The translations under genes and the position numbers were made by a program. Of a DNA stretch of 64,000 nt, positions 8,836-18,447 are shown one piece after another. Under the pieces are notes generated by a model. That model was not told where the DNA came from. It searched no databases and saw nothing but the letters and a program-made list of their open reading frames with translations. The DNA is taken from positions 982 through 64,981 of the IMG/VR virus record IMGVR_UViG_3300024275_000002; one strand, given 5' to 3'. The DNA is from a virus (Duplodnaviria; Caudoviricetes). Positions within the stretch are counted from its first letter, which is position 1; each line of letters opens with the position of its first letter.

Positions 8836-10446
8836 TTACGCTGCGATCCTCACTTGCGCGAGGTCGAGCCCCAGCTCTCGTTTGTACAGATCCAGCATCG
8901 ATTCCTGCGTGATGCGCCGCCCTTCCACCATTGCGTAGATCTCTTGCTCGAAGCGGTTCGCCGCGATCCGGGCGATCGTCATCTTGCGCTTCTGGCCGGG
9001 GCGGTTGATGCGGTCCATCACCTGCATGCTCTGGTCGTTCGAATAGATCGGCGCGTAGAACACCACCATGTCCGCGTCGGTCAGTGTCAAGCCGTGCGCC
9101 ATCACCTTCGGGTGACACACTGCCTCGGTCAGCGACGCGTCATTGCGGAAGTCATGCCAGATCTTGTCGCGCTTGGTCTGGCTCACGTCGCCGTTCACCA
9201 CCTCCACGCGCCGGCCGTCACCTCGCAAGTTGTGCCAGATCCGCAGCTCCTCGGCCAGCGCCCGCGCGATGCCCTTGAACGGTACGATAATCAGCACCTT
9301 CGAACTCGACTGCTCGATCAGCTCCTGCAGCACGCGCAGGCGCGGCTTGTGGTCGATCGTGATGTACGTGCCGTCCTCGCGCTTCACCGCACCGCAGAGG
9401 ATCTGGCGCAGCTTGATGATCTTGATGGCCGCGTTCGCAGCCGTGATCTTCTCGCCCTGCGCCTCGGCCACGAGGTGATTTTTCATGGCCAGATAGGTGC
9501 GGCCCTGCTCCACCGACAGTTCGGTCGACCGGTTTAGGAACGTGACGGGCGGTAGCTGCAGGCAGTCGGCTTTCTTGAACCGGATCGCAGGCTGCAGCGC
9601 GTTGTACGCCAGCTCGTTGCTGCCCGGGCGCGGCACCCACTTGTGCTGACTGACCTGATACATCGTCTCGCGACGCCACTGGCTGAAGAACTTCGGCACC
9701 CGCGACTTGTCGACGAGGCGCGCCAGCGCCCATGCGTCGGTCGGTGCGGTCGGGCACGGCGCACCCGAGAGCATCCACAGCTTACGGCCCTGCGTGATCT
9801 GTTCCAGGATCTCGTACTGCTCGGTCTGGCCGTTGCGGTAGTCGCTGCACTCGTCGACGATCACCACGTCGATGTCCTTGCGCGCGAGCAGATCCTTCTT
9901 CAGCACCTTCAGGCCGGCCGGGTTGATGATGTAGAAGTCCGCCGGCTTCGACAGGCGGTCGCGGCGGCGCTCGGCGTCAGCATGCAGGATCATGCCGGTG
10001 CGGTGCATGCACACGGAGAAGATCTCCTGCAGCCACGTGTCCTTCAGCGTCGACAGCGGGGCCACGATCAGCGCGCGCTTGATCTTGCCGAGGCGCATCA
10101 AGTAGTCGGCCGCCCACAGCACGCACGCCGTCTTGCTGGTGCCCATCTCGTTGAGCACGAAGCAGCGCGAGTGCAGCGTGAGGAAATCCGCCGTCGCGTA
10201 CTGGTGGTCGAACACGCTCTCGAAGCGGGCGGGCCGGGGCCAGTCGTAGTAATAGCGGATCGGGCTCGGTGCCTTGATGCCCATGTTGCGCAGCACCTTC
10301 ACCACCGCGAGGTTATGCGGCACGGCGATGTTGTGCCCGTCATAGTCGAGCAGCTTGTGGTGCGACGGGAAAATGCCCATCAGCTGCGCGAGCGTCTTGG
10401 GGCGCACCTTCAGCACCAGACTCTTACTTGGCTTGTGGACGATCAT
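8836..10446 (-). CDS. SNF2/DEAD-like SF2 helicase
   Basis: EMGTSKT (motif I), VIVDECS (II), LSGAP (III), HGLTL and QVMDRINRPGQ (V/VI). Confidence 0.9.
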   Translation of the reverse strand: MIVHKPSKSLVLKVRPKTLAQLMGIFPSHHKLLDYDGHNIAVPHNLAVVKVLRNMGIKAPSPIRYYYDWPRPARFESVFDHQYATADFLTLHSRCFVLNEMGTSKTACVLWAADYLMRLGKIKRALIVAPLSTLKDTWLQEIFSVCMHRTGMILHADAERRRDRLSKPADFYIINPAGLKVLKKDLLARKDIDVVIVDECSDYRNGQTEQYEILEQITQGRKLWMLSGAPCPTAPTDAWALARLVDKSRVPKFFSQWRRETMYQVSQHKWVPRPGSNELAYNALQPAIRFKKADCLQLPPVTFLNRSTELSVEQGRTYLAMKNHLVAEAQGEKITAANAAIKIIKLRQILCGAVKREDGTYITIDHKPRLRVLQELIEQSSSKVLIIVPFKGIARALAEELRIWHNLRGDGRRVEVVNGDVSQTKRDKIWHDFRNDASLTEAVCHPKVMAHGLTLTDADMVVFYAPIYSNDQSMQVMDRINRPGQKRKMTIARIAANRFEQEIYAMVEGRRITQESMLDLYKRELGLDLAQVRIAA

Positions 10447-10452
10447 TTGGGT

Positions 10453-10761
10453 TCACTTGGGAAACAGCAGCAGGAGCACGAGCGTTTGTTCCATCCGTGC
10501 CAGCTCATCGTCGTTAGACACAACGAACACGAAGCCGCCGGCCTTCTTCATCTCGGCGATCGTGACTTGCTGACGTGGGGTGGGTTGCTTGCCTGGAGCC
10601 TTGGTTTCTACCGCAATGAAATAGCCACCGCCGCAGTTGATGAAATCCAGCGACGGTTCTCCGTATCCGTTCAATACCGGCATGTGCACGTACAGGCCGA
10701 ACCTGCGCAGCACCGCCTTCACCTTGTCCTTTACTTTCCCTTCGGGGGTGCGCCGACTCAT
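10453..10761 (-). CDS. VRR-NUC domain nuclease / resolvase
   Basis: TPEGKVK...GEPSLDF...AVETKAPGKQPTPRQ. Confidence 0.85.
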   Translation of the reverse strand: MSRRTPEGKVKDKVKAVLRRFGLYVHMPVLNGYGEPSLDFINCGGGYFIAVETKAPGKQPTPRQQVTIAEMKKAGGFVFVVSNDDELARMEQTLVLLLLFPK

Positions 10762-11438
10762 CGCGCGCCGCGACCGTGGTATTCGCAGCTCGTCACCGGG
10801 CAATGCTTGCGGCACAGGCCGCTGGGCTTAGCCACGAAGATCCCGCACTTGAACGCCTTCAGGTAGTCGCGCAGCTTCGGCACCAGCGAGTCCCACATCT
10901 CCTCCATCTGCGCGCGGGTGAACGTCTCGCGATCCTTCGCCGACTCGTCAAACCCGTACTGCAGCCAGTGGAATGCGCAGTGCACCGTGTTCACTTCCGG
11001 ATGGCAGTGGAACACCGTCAGCGCAAACACGATCAGCTGCTGCATGTCCTTCTTCCGGTTCTTGCCCGTCTTGTGGTCGTCGACCCACGCCACGTCGCCG
11101 TCGATCGTCAGCACGTCGATGATCGCCCGGCACCACACATCCTTCGCGAAGAACTCGGTCGGCTGCAGCTGCTTGTTCAGCGCGTAGCGGCGCTCCACCA
11201 GCGTGCGGCCCGCCCGATCGATGAAGCCCTGCGCGTACGCCGCGTACAGGCTCATGTTCGCCGGCAGCGGCACGCCCGCGCCGATGTGCTTCTCCAGCGC
11301 CCGGTGCACTTCATCGCCCCACAGCGACGCTTCGTTCTTCGTTTCTTGAAAGTGCTTGAGCACCTTCACTTCTTCGTACTGGCGCGGGCAGGTGTCGAAC
11401 GCCTGCAGCGCCGAATGACTCCATGCGAGCGGCTTCAC
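10758..11438 (-). CDS. PD-(D/E)XK (RecB/Cas4-like) exonuclease
   Basis: WSHSAL..FDTCP, IIDVL..VDDHKTG, terminal LCRKHCPV..C. Confidence 0.85.
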   Translation of the reverse strand: MKPLAWSHSALQAFDTCPRQYEEVKVLKHFQETKNEASLWGDEVHRALEKHIGAGVPLPANMSLYAAYAQGFIDRAGRTLVERRYALNKQLQPTEFFAKDVWCRAIIDVLTIDGDVAWVDDHKTGKNRKKDMQQLIVFALTVFHCHPEVNTVHCAFHWLQYGFDESAKDRETFTRAQMEEMWDSLVPKLRDYLKAFKCGIFVAKPSGLCRKHCPVTSCEYHGRGAR

Positions 11439-11704
11439 TTCATCCCCCCTTTGGGGTTACGCGGAAAGCTCCGATTCTTGTGGGGCGTTTCCACGCGCAA
11501 ATTCTTCGGATCGGTCTGTGCACCGCCCTTGATGAGCGGCACCTTGTGATCCACATCCTTGCCGTCGTGCGGCTTGACCATGCCCAGCTTCTCGGCCTCA
11601 CGACGAGCGCGTTCACGAGCGGCGTGTCTCGGGCCATCGCCCCGCGCCTTCGCGGTTGCTTCCTCGCGTTTATAGTTACGTTTGTAATTCGGAGAACTAG
11701 GCAT
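11435..11704 (-). CDS. Small HNH endonuclease-like protein
   Basis: DVDHKVPLIKGG...NLRV...KNRS. Confidence 0.75.
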   Translation of the reverse strand: MPSSPNYKRNYKREEATAKARGDGPRHAARERARREAEKLGMVKPHDGKDVDHKVPLIKGGAQTDPKNLRVETPHKNRSFPRNPKGGMK

Positions 11705-11705
11705 G

Positions 11706-11882
11706 TCAATTCTCGCTGGTGGTTCGGATGTCAAAAACACGCTTAACCATGTACGGCACGAAGTTGTGGTCGACGTACACGGTGCCGTCCTCGGCGCGGA
11801 GTACGGCTCGGTGACTCACCTTGTCGTACTCCAGCACCTCGAACGTCGTGCCCTTCACCTTGCCGACGATGAACGTCGTCAC
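11706..11882 (-). CDS. Small hypothetical protein (58 aa)
   Basis: Manual translation from GTG: TTFIVGKVKGTTFEVLEYDKVSHRAVL; RBS GGAG; overlaps upstream stop. Confidence 0.55.
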   Translation of the reverse strand: MTTFIVGKVKGTTFEVLEYDKVSHRAVLRAEDGTVYVDHNFVPYMVKRVFDIRTTSEN

Positions 11883-12082
11883 GCGTGCTCCGTCGCCGGC
11901 AGCACCTTCTCGTCCACCTTCACCACCTTGAACCCGTACTTGTTCAGCATCTCGTCCGTCAAGGCACGATCGAACGGCACGCCCGTATCACCGAGCAGCG
12001 TGCCAATCCGTGTGTCCTTGTTGAACTTGATGATCTTGAAACGCAGCCCGGGTGCCTTCGTCGATTCCACGTAGAGCGCCAT
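11879..12082 (-). CDS. Small hypothetical protein
   Basis: RBS GGGAGAG; ORF track. Confidence 0.6.
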   Translation of the reverse strand: MALYVESTKAPGLRFKIIKFNKDTRIGTLLGDTGVPFDRALTDEMLNKYGFKVVKVDEKVLPATEHA

Positions 12083-12110
12083 GACACTCTCCCGAAGTCC
12101 AGATCGTTAC

Positions 12111-12449
12111 TTACAGTGCGGCGCGGATGTGCGCGATGAGATGGCGCACTTCGTTCCACGCGTCACCACCGAGCTGCACAGCCAGCTCCTCGATGCGCTG
12201 CAAGTACGACTCGGCCGGGTGGGCTTCAGAAGGGGATTCGGGTGATGCGTCCGACGAACCCGAATCCGGCGCGGCCACTAGCGTCAACGGCGACGTAGCA
12301 GCCGCTTCGACGTTTCCCTCCGGGGCCGGGGTCGGTTCGTTGGTAGGCTCCGGTGGCGTCGCGTTGGCAATCCAGTCCGGCTCCGGCTCCGTCGAGGCCG
12401 GCGCGGCGTCCGTCGCCGGGGTTTCGTTCTGGTTCAGATCGTCCGACAT
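12111..12449 (-). CDS. Acidic Pro/Ala-rich hypothetical protein
   Basis: RBS AGGAG; low-complexity N-terminus and short helical C-terminus. Confidence 0.6.
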   Translation of the reverse strand: MSDDLNQNETPATDAAPASTEPEPDWIANATPPEPTNEPTPAPEGNVEAAATSPLTLVAAPDSGSSDASPESPSEAHPAESYLQRIEELAVQLGGDAWNEVRHLIAHIRAAL

Positions 12450-12490
12450 AGTACGAACTCCTAAATATTGGTCGCAAAAAATTTAGCCCG

Positions 12491-12682
12491 TCACACCTGC
12501 ACGCCGTGCTTGCGGAGCGCCTTACGAGCGAGATTGACGGCGGCAAAATCAGCCTCCGTCAACGGTGATCCATCGACTCGTTTGCCCTGCTTCATGTGCT
12601 CCATTTTCACGTCGTACAGCCGCTTCAGTATAGCTGCAAGCGTTGCGGGATCGTTAGGAATTCCAACTTGTTTTTTACTCAT
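12491..12682 (-). CDS. Small hypothetical protein
   Basis: RBS GAGGG; follows polA. Confidence 0.55.
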   Translation of the reverse strand: MSKKQVGIPNDPATLAAILKRLYDVKMEHMKQGKRVDGSPLTEADFAAVNLARKALRKHGVQV

Positions 12683-12694
12683 GACTTTCCCTCG

Positions 12695-14602
12695 TCAGTG
12701 CTTCGCAAGACCATAACGCCTGTGCATGCCACCCTCGCTATTCAGCGGCAAGTCAGGTGCCCACACGGGCGGAATCTTCATCTTCGCCATCAGGCGCTCG
12801 AACGCCCACGGTGCCTCAAACTCATGTGCAACAAAGACACCTTCGTCGTGCACGCTGTGCACCCACCACACCGGGCGGCCCTTCGCTTCCTGAGCAAACG
12901 ACAGGCACTGGCCGAGCACGATCAGGCGAGCCAGCGCCTGCACGATGTTCTCGACCATCTTCGCGCCGTAGATCTTCTCGCGCGACTTGCCGTTCCAGAA
13001 CGTCCACTCCATGTATCCGGTCTCGGGGTCTTTCTCCCGCTTCAGCTCCGGGTACAGGATCTTCAGGCCGCCGGGCAGTACGATGCCGTCCACACACGTC
13101 TTAACTACTCCACGGTAATCCACGTTCACGCCAACCTGTCCACGCGCGATGCACGCGAGTGCTTGGTTGCAGCGGTCCCACAGCGCCGTCACGCGCTTGT
13201 GCGAGTTGCGGTAAATCTTGCACACCTCCTCGCACAGCTTCATCTCCAGCACCAGCGGCTTGCCGTCCTTGCCCTTCGCCTCGCGGCGCACCGAGACTTG
13301 GAACATCAGCGCGCCCTGCCCGAAGCCGAACGCCAGCTTCACGCGCTTGCCCATCTGCCGCTCGTCCGGGTCGAGCGCCTTGTCGATCGGCCGGCCGTAG
13401 ATCTTCTCGGCCATGATGCAGTAGATGTCCGGCCCCTCGCCACGGTCGTAGCGCCGGTACGCCTCGATCATGTCCTCCTGGCCGGCGAGCCAGTCGAGCA
13501 CGCGCGCCTCGATGTTGGAGCTGTCGCCCACCACGATCGCGTAGCCCAGCTCAGCCATCAACGCATCGCGCAGCTTGCTGCCGCGCTTGAGCGCCTGCCA
13601 GTTGATGCTGTCGCCTGCCGACAGCCGGTGCGTGCCGCTCGCGCCGCTGTACTTCAGGTAGATCGTGGCGAGCCCGCGCCGCGACATGGCGATCAACCGC
13701 TCGGCACCCTTCTCCGCGATCGTCGTCTTGTTCTTCAGCCGGGCCTCGACCAGCACCTGCACGCGGAAGTCCGGATGCTCCTGCAGCTTCTGCATCGCCT
13801 CGTCCGTCTTGGCGAACGCATACGTCAGCGGCGCGATCGGCTCGCGCTCGGCCGGCGGCTTCTTCAACCACGTCGGACTGATCTTCATCGGCGGGTCGAC
13901 CCCCAGCGCCTTGAGCGCCGTGGCGAACCGCTCGTTGCTCATCAGGTCGTCCTTCGAGACGCCAGCCTCCAGCATGAGGCGTTGCTTTTCTTCCCGCAAG
14001 TCGGCCGCATAGTCACTGAGCATCTGCGCATCCAGCTGCACGTGCGGCTCGGTGAACATGCGGATGATCTGGTCGTTCAGCTGCAGCTCCGACTTGCTGA
14101 AGTGCGGGGCCATGCGCATGAACAGCTCGTACGTCAGGTCGACGTCGTTGCAGCTGTAGCGGCCGTACTGCGCGAGCCGTGCCGGCCCGAAGTCCGCGTA
14201 GTGCATGCCACGCACCTTCAGCACTTCGTCGCCCTTCTTGCCGATGCCGTACCGCTCGGCCAGCTTGTCGAGCGACAGCCTGCCGTTCGCACCATGGAGC
14301 GCCCGCGCCATGCCCAGCGTATCGAGCCAAAGGCGCGGGAAAATTCCGTAGTGGTACGAAGTAATGAGCCCGTCAAAATGGGCGTGGTGGCACAGCACGG
14401 CCTTCGATTCCAGCTTCAGCGACTTCAGATGCTTGCCGATCTCCGGCCGGGGCACCCAGTACGTGCGCTCGTTATTCACACGCACGCTCACCAGGATCGC
14501 CTCGAAGCGCGGGTCACGGACGTACGCTTCCGTCGTCATCGACGACAGCGTGTAGCCGTCGCCGTAGAACGTCTCGTAGTCCAGCACGACCAGATCCATC
14601 AT
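12695..14602 (-). CDS. polA: Family A DNA polymerase with N-terminal 3'-5' exonuclease
   Basis: LDYET and HHAHFD exonuclease motifs; DSSNIEAR (A), KRVKLAFGFG (B), VHDE (C). Confidence 0.93.
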   Translation of the reverse strand: MMDLVVLDYETFYGDGYTLSSMTTEAYVRDPRFEAILVSVRVNNERTYWVPRPEIGKHLKSLKLESKAVLCHHAHFDGLITSYHYGIFPRLWLDTLGMARALHGANGRLSLDKLAERYGIGKKGDEVLKVRGMHYADFGPARLAQYGRYSCNDVDLTYELFMRMAPHFSKSELQLNDQIIRMFTEPHVQLDAQMLSDYAADLREEKQRLMLEAGVSKDDLMSNERFATALKALGVDPPMKISPTWLKKPPAEREPIAPLTYAFAKTDEAMQKLQEHPDFRVQVLVEARLKNKTTIAEKGAERLIAMSRRGLATIYLKYSGASGTHRLSAGDSINWQALKRGSKLRDALMAELGYAIVVGDSSNIEARVLDWLAGQEDMIEAYRRYDRGEGPDIYCIMAEKIYGRPIDKALDPDERQMGKRVKLAFGFGQGALMFQVSVRREAKGKDGKPLVLEMKLCEEVCKIYRNSHKRVTALWDRCNQALACIARGQVGVNVDYRGVVKTCVDGIVLPGGLKILYPELKREKDPETGYMEWTFWNGKSREKIYGAKMVENIVQALARLIVLGQCLSFAQEAKGRPVWWVHSVHDEGVFVAHEFEAPWAFERLMAKMKIPPVWAPDLPLNSEGGMHRRYGLAKH

Positions 14603-14874
14603 GTCCCCCGGCGGGCAGCTTCCAGCATGCGCTCCAGCAGGTTCTGGTGCGGCTCATACGAGACCCCCAGTGCCTCTCGCAGCATGTCCAGCTCGGAGCG
14701 GGCATCGCTCAGCATCTCGCGCACCATCGTGGCCATCTCCGGCAGGTCATGCCAGCTGTGCATGGTGCCCGGCTCCGGCTCGCCCTTCAGGGCGTTCGCG
14801 GTGCGTTCGAGCAGCGTCGACAGACGATCGTTGAGTCCGGCGAACTCGTCCTCTGGCAGATCAGATTGTCCCAT
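14599..14874 (-). CDS. Hypothetical protein
   Basis: Coupled overlaps at both ends; MGQSDLPED. Confidence 0.55.
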   Translation of the reverse strand: MGQSDLPEDEFAGLNDRLSTLLERTANALKGEPEPGTMHSWHDLPEMATMVREMLSDARSELDMLREALGVSYEPHQNLLERMLEAARRGT

Positions 14875-15074
14875 CAGTCGTCCCCTTCCCACGTCAGCAG
14901 ATCACCATCCTCGTCGGCCGTGTAGCGGCCGGGCGGGTACGGTTCGCCTTCACGCCGATCCTTCTCCTGCACCCACGGGCCGTTGCAGCAGCCACACGCA
15001 TCGATGTAGAGACCGTGCTTGCGCGACAGCTCGCTCAGCTCCGACAGAAACGCCAGCAGCTTCTTCTGTTCCAT
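14874..15074 (-). CDS. Hypothetical protein
   Basis: RBS GGGGAGG; MEQKKLL...IDACGCC. Confidence 0.6.
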   Translation of the reverse strand: MEQKKLLAFLSELSELSRKHGLYIDACGCCNGPWVQEKDRREGEPYPPGRYTADEDGDLLTWEGDD

Positions 15075-15271
15075 CACGCCCTCCCCAGTGCGACATCGAT
15101 GCGGTGCATCAACGTGTGCGGCACGTTGACCGTGATCGCGCTGCTTTTCCATCCACGTGCGGCGTTCGGATCGTAGCGCTTCAGGTTCGCCAGCTCATCG
15201 AGCAGCGTCTGCAGCTCACGCATGCGCGCGGCGGCGCTGCGCAACACGTCTCCCATTGCGTCATCAGCCAT
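15074..15271 (-). CDS. Hypothetical protein
   Basis: Coupled small ORF. Confidence 0.55.
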   Translation of the reverse strand: MADDAMGDVLRSAAARMRELQTLLDELANLKRYDPNAARGWKSSAITVNVPHTLMHRIDVALGRA

Positions 15272-15455
15272 GGTTGAACTCCAGCACGACCACCTTGTCG
15301 TCCGGGAAGTAGCGCGCGCCAGACGGCACGAGCCAGCCCACCGTGGTGTGATCGACGTCGACCTTCACGCGTGTTGCATCCGGCAGGCTGGCCAGGAACG
15401 TCGCCACCTCCGATGCGTTAGCACGACTAAACGAAAAGTGTTGGCTAGTCATCAT
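15264..15455 (-). CDS. Hypothetical protein
   Basis: MMTSQHF; coupled. Confidence 0.5.
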   Translation of the reverse strand: MMTSQHFSFSRANASEVATFLASLPDATRVKVDVDHTTVGWLVPSGARYFPDDKVVVLEFNHG

Positions 15456-15718
15456 GCCCCCGTGCGTTCCCACTCCGCGACCAGCTCCTTGATGACCTCG
15501 ACGCCGCGCCCGGCCGGCGTCAGGTTCGTCGCGTGCACGCATCCCTTCTCAGGGAACACGAGCAGCACGAACGGCACCCGATCGCCGGTCGAGTCGATCA
15601 GCGCGTTGTCGATCGCGCCGATCAGCCCCGGCATGCTATCCAGCAGCCTCGCTACCGCCACCGGCTGCTCCGGCGTCACCAGATCCGTGAGGTTCGGGTT
15701 GTCCACTGCGTTTGTCAT
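15452..15718 (-). CDS. Hypothetical protein
   Basis: RBS AGGAG; MTNAVDNP. Confidence 0.6.
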   Translation of the reverse strand: MTNAVDNPNLTDLVTPEQPVAVARLLDSMPGLIGAIDNALIDSTGDRVPFVLLVFPEKGCVHATNLTPAGRGVEVIKELVAEWERTGA

Positions 15719-16133
15719 CGTCGGTCTCCTTTGCTGCGATATACGCGGCGACCACCGCCGCACCCATAGTTCCATACGACAGCCGCTTCTGTTTCTGCCG
15801 TAGCGCCTTCACGGCCGCGCAGATGATCTTGTGCTGGCGCTCGGCCTGCGCGTACGTCGAGCAGCGATCGCAGTACACGTCTTTCCTCTTGCCGGAGAAC
15901 ACCATCGTCTCGAACAGGACCGGCGTTGAGCTGAAGAAGGAATGGTCGAGCCCGAGGAAGATCGTCGATACGCGGATGTGCCGCCCGAACTTCGTGGTGG
16001 CGATGCGTCGGTTCGGCTGATCGAACATCCTGGCCCATGCGACCAGCTTCTCCGGGTCGAAGCCCCAGCGCGTGCCGTCGCCGACGTCAAAGCGCACGAC
16101 TTCCTTACCAATCAAAACGAAGTGGTCACTCAT
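15636..16133 (-). CDS. Hypothetical phage protein
   Basis: MSDHF...VSTIFLGLDH...LFETMVF...YSTY-like phage motif. Confidence 0.6.
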   Translation of the reverse strand: MSDHFVLIGKEVVRFDVGDGTRWGFDPEKLVAWARMFDQPNRRIATTKFGRHIRVSTIFLGLDHSFFSSTPVLFETMVFSGKRKDVYCDRCSTYAQAERQHKIICAAVKALRQKQKRLSYGTMGAAVVAAYIAAKETDDDKRSGQPEPHGSGDAGAAGGGSEAAG

Positions 16134-16443
16134 CGCGCGGCCCCTGTGCTTGCAGGATCTCGGCGCGCAGCTGCGCGCACATCGCGTAATTGCGGCGGTA
16201 TTCAGCCCACGCGCGCATCGCTTCACGCGTCGAGCGGTACCAGCGCCAGAGGCAGAGAATCGACATCGCCGCGCCGCTGCAGCTGATGGCCAGCGCGAAG
16301 TCACGGCCGGCCCCGGCGTTGCCGGCTGCGAGCCACAGGTTCAGGCCGAGCGCGCCCGCGTTCGCACCGAACACGATCGTTGCGTGCGGGAGGAACTTCG
16401 GAGGAAATTTCCCCGGTTCCGGTGGCAAATCAGGAAGGTTCAC
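16126..16443 (-). CDS. Small membrane protein
   Basis: Two hydrophobic segments. Confidence 0.5.
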   Translation of the reverse strand: MNLPDLPPEPGKFPPKFLPHATIVFGANAGALGLNLWLAAGNAGAGRDFALAISCSGAAMSILCLWRWYRSTREAMRAWAEYRRNYAMCAQLRAEILQAQGPRDE

Positions 16444-16735
16444 GCAGCGCTCCGACAGGGCCGAACTCCAGCACGCCGAGGCGCGTGCCGTTGCATACCA
16501 GTGTCGCGCGGTCGACCTGTACCCGCTCCTGCTGGAACGTCGTGAAGATGCGGCCGACCGACATATCCATCGTGTCGATCTCGACCACGCACTCGTCCCC
16601 ATCGAAACGGATCTCGACCCGCGCTTTGGTGCGCAAGTTAGCGCCTACATAGTCACCGAGCTGCACGACCCGCGATTCGACCCTCACGAGCCGATCGCGC
16701 ATGTCACGCAGCAGCTTATTTGCTTCGTCATCCAT
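16430..16735 (-). CDS. Hypothetical protein
   Basis: RBS GGAG; MDDEANKLL. Confidence 0.6.
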   Translation of the reverse strand: MDDEANKLLRDMRDRLVRVESRVVQLGDYVGANLRTKARVEIRFDGDECVVEIDTMDMSVGRIFTTFQQERVQVDRATLVCNGTRLGVLEFGPVGALREPS

Positions 16736-16773
16736 ACTAATTCTCCGGCGGCCAGAACGGCCGCGCAAGCGAT

Positions 16774-17019
16774 TTATTGCTTCGTTTTCGGGGCGTTGGC
16801 GACGCGCCCCTCAAAGTTGGCGATCAGCTCCTTCATCGCCGCCAGCATGTCGCCGCGCCCGGCGCTGCTGATGTAGTTCATGCGGTGGCCATCGCCCTCG
16901 CCGAACTTGAACACCAGCAGCGTGAACCCCCATCCTGGGGGCAGCGCGTCATCAATCACCCCAGCAATTGCATTCATGGCCCGGGCGACTTCGGGATCGA
17001 TCGGTTGGTGGCCGCTCAT
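16774..17019 (-). CDS. Hypothetical phage protein
   Basis: GFTLLVFKFG...NYISSAGR. Confidence 0.65.
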   Translation of the reverse strand: MSGHQPIDPEVARAMNAIAGVIDDALPPGWGFTLLVFKFGEGDGHRMNYISSAGRGDMLAAMKELIANFEGRVANAPKTKQ

Positions 17020-18365
17020 TCTTCACCCACCTTCGGCAGCTCGATGTTGCCCTCGCGGTAGGCCGACAGCCAGCGTTTGAGGTTGCTCACGGCACCGGAG
17101 ATCGACACGAACGGCTTGCTCAGGTGCTTGCGCTTCTGCAGCACGTCCATGCCCATGTGGTCGCTCATGCCGATGATGACCTCGGCGTTGTGCTGCTTGG
17201 CCACCATCGCGTTGCCGCCCGCGCCCTGCCCGCCCAGCTTCGTGTTCGGCACGAAGATGAAGTCGTAGACGCCGAGGAACGCCTTCTGCACGTCCTGCTC
17301 CTGCACCGGGTACAGGCCGATCACCATGATCTTCGGCAGCTTCGGTGCTGGCGTACTGACGGGCGTATCGACAGGCGTATTGCTGGCTGTACTGACGTCG
17401 GGCTGAACTACTATCCCGGGGTCAGGCGCGGTCGCGGCGTCCATGATGTGATCGACCAAGCCGCCCTTGATCTCGTCGCGCAGCGCCGTGAGCATGTCGA
17501 CGGCCATGCGCTTCGCGAACTGGCGAATCAGGCTCTCGAACGACATCGAATCGACGTGCTTCGCGATACGCTGCTGCACTTCGACCTCGCGTGCCGCCGC
17601 GAGCTGAAGCTGACGTTCCTGTTCGAGCAGCAACGCAGCGTGTTCCTCCTCGGCGCGCCTTGCTTCTTCGACTGCGGCGCGCTCGGCGTCGAACTTCTCC
17701 TGCGCGATCTGTGCCTTGGCCATGCGCATCAGCGGCTCAAGCCACTCCTGCACCTGCATCCACGTGTTGATAACGCGCTTGCGGTCGGCCGGCAGCTCCA
17801 TCGCGATTGCATTGCGCAATGCGTCCAACCGCTCGATACCACCCTGCTCCATGCGCCGATAGACGCTGCGAGCGAGAATCATTTTCTCCTCGTCAGTCCA
17901 GCGCACCAGTTGTCGTGAGGCGCTAGTGTCATTTTCAGTAGGCAGAGTGGGAGATGTGGTCTCGGGAGTCGAGACTGGAGCGGCTGCAGCGGGGGCGGGA
18001 GTGTCTGTTGCGGGAGGTGTATCGAAAAGCGATTCGGCACTGGCCTTAGCGCCTTCCTGTTTCGTCTTTGAAGCGCCAATGGCATCCCACATTGGGACAA
18101 TCCACGGGCGGAATTTGCTGAAGTTGATGCTATCGAGGGGACGGCGACGATCGGCTGGCAATGTTTTCTTTTGTGCTTGGTCAATTGCCTCGATATTCGT
18201 TAGCCTCTTGTCCTTGGACAGAATGCGATAGGACTCGGCGGCGATCTTTTGCTTCTCGTCCTCGTTCCAGAATATCCGGCTGTTCACGGGGTTCTCCTGC
18301 GGGCGGGAACGGCCCGGCGCTGCGATGCGCTCGCGGGCCATAGTGTAGGGATGTGCCATTTTCAT
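17016..18365 (-). CDS. Protein with two Myb/SANT-like repeats, a coiled coil and a DUF2325-like C-terminus; putative regulator
   Basis: Repeats FWNEDEKQKIA...LPADRRR and RWTDEEKMILA...LPADRKR; C-terminal AEVIIGMSDHMG...KPFV. Confidence 0.6.
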   Translation of the reverse strand: MKMAHPYTMARERIAAPGRSRPQENPVNSRIFWNEDEKQKIAAESYRILSKDKRLTNIEAIDQAQKKTLPADRRRPLDSINFSKFRPWIVPMWDAIGASKTKQEGAKASAESLFDTPPATDTPAPAAAAPVSTPETTSPTLPTENDTSASRQLVRWTDEEKMILARSVYRRMEQGGIERLDALRNAIAMELPADRKRVINTWMQVQEWLEPLMRMAKAQIAQEKFDAERAAVEEARRAEEEHAALLLEQERQLQLAAAREVEVQQRIAKHVDSMSFESLIRQFAKRMAVDMLTALRDEIKGGLVDHIMDAATAPDPGIVVQPDVSTASNTPVDTPVSTPAPKLPKIMVIGLYPVQEQDVQKAFLGVYDFIFVPNTKLGGQGAGGNAMVAKQHNAEVIIGMSDHMGMDVLQKRKHLSKPFVSISGAVSNLKRWLSAYREGNIELPKVGEE

Positions 18366-18408
18366 GTCCTCGGATTATCAACGCGCGCTTTGGAAATACC
18401 ACTCACGC

Positions 18409-18437
18409 GCGTTAATTCTATCATCAGTTGTAACTAA
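18409..18437 (-). promoter_or_regulatory. Promoter with extended -10 and TTAGTTACA box
   Basis: Minus strand TTAGTTACA-ACTGATGA-TAGAAT. Confidence 0.6.
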
Positions 18438-18447
18438 CAAAAGTATG

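Noticed and set aside
10758-11438. Cas4 / CRISPR adaptation gene
   Set aside because: A PD-(D/E)XK exonuclease of this kind is routine in phage replication modules; no array or cas1/cas2
12596-15277. Long antisense ORFs (also 3732-5681, 33065-35323, 48591-51353, 51399-54077)
   Set aside because: Shadow frames of real high-GC genes; Arg/His/Val-rich with no motifs or RBS
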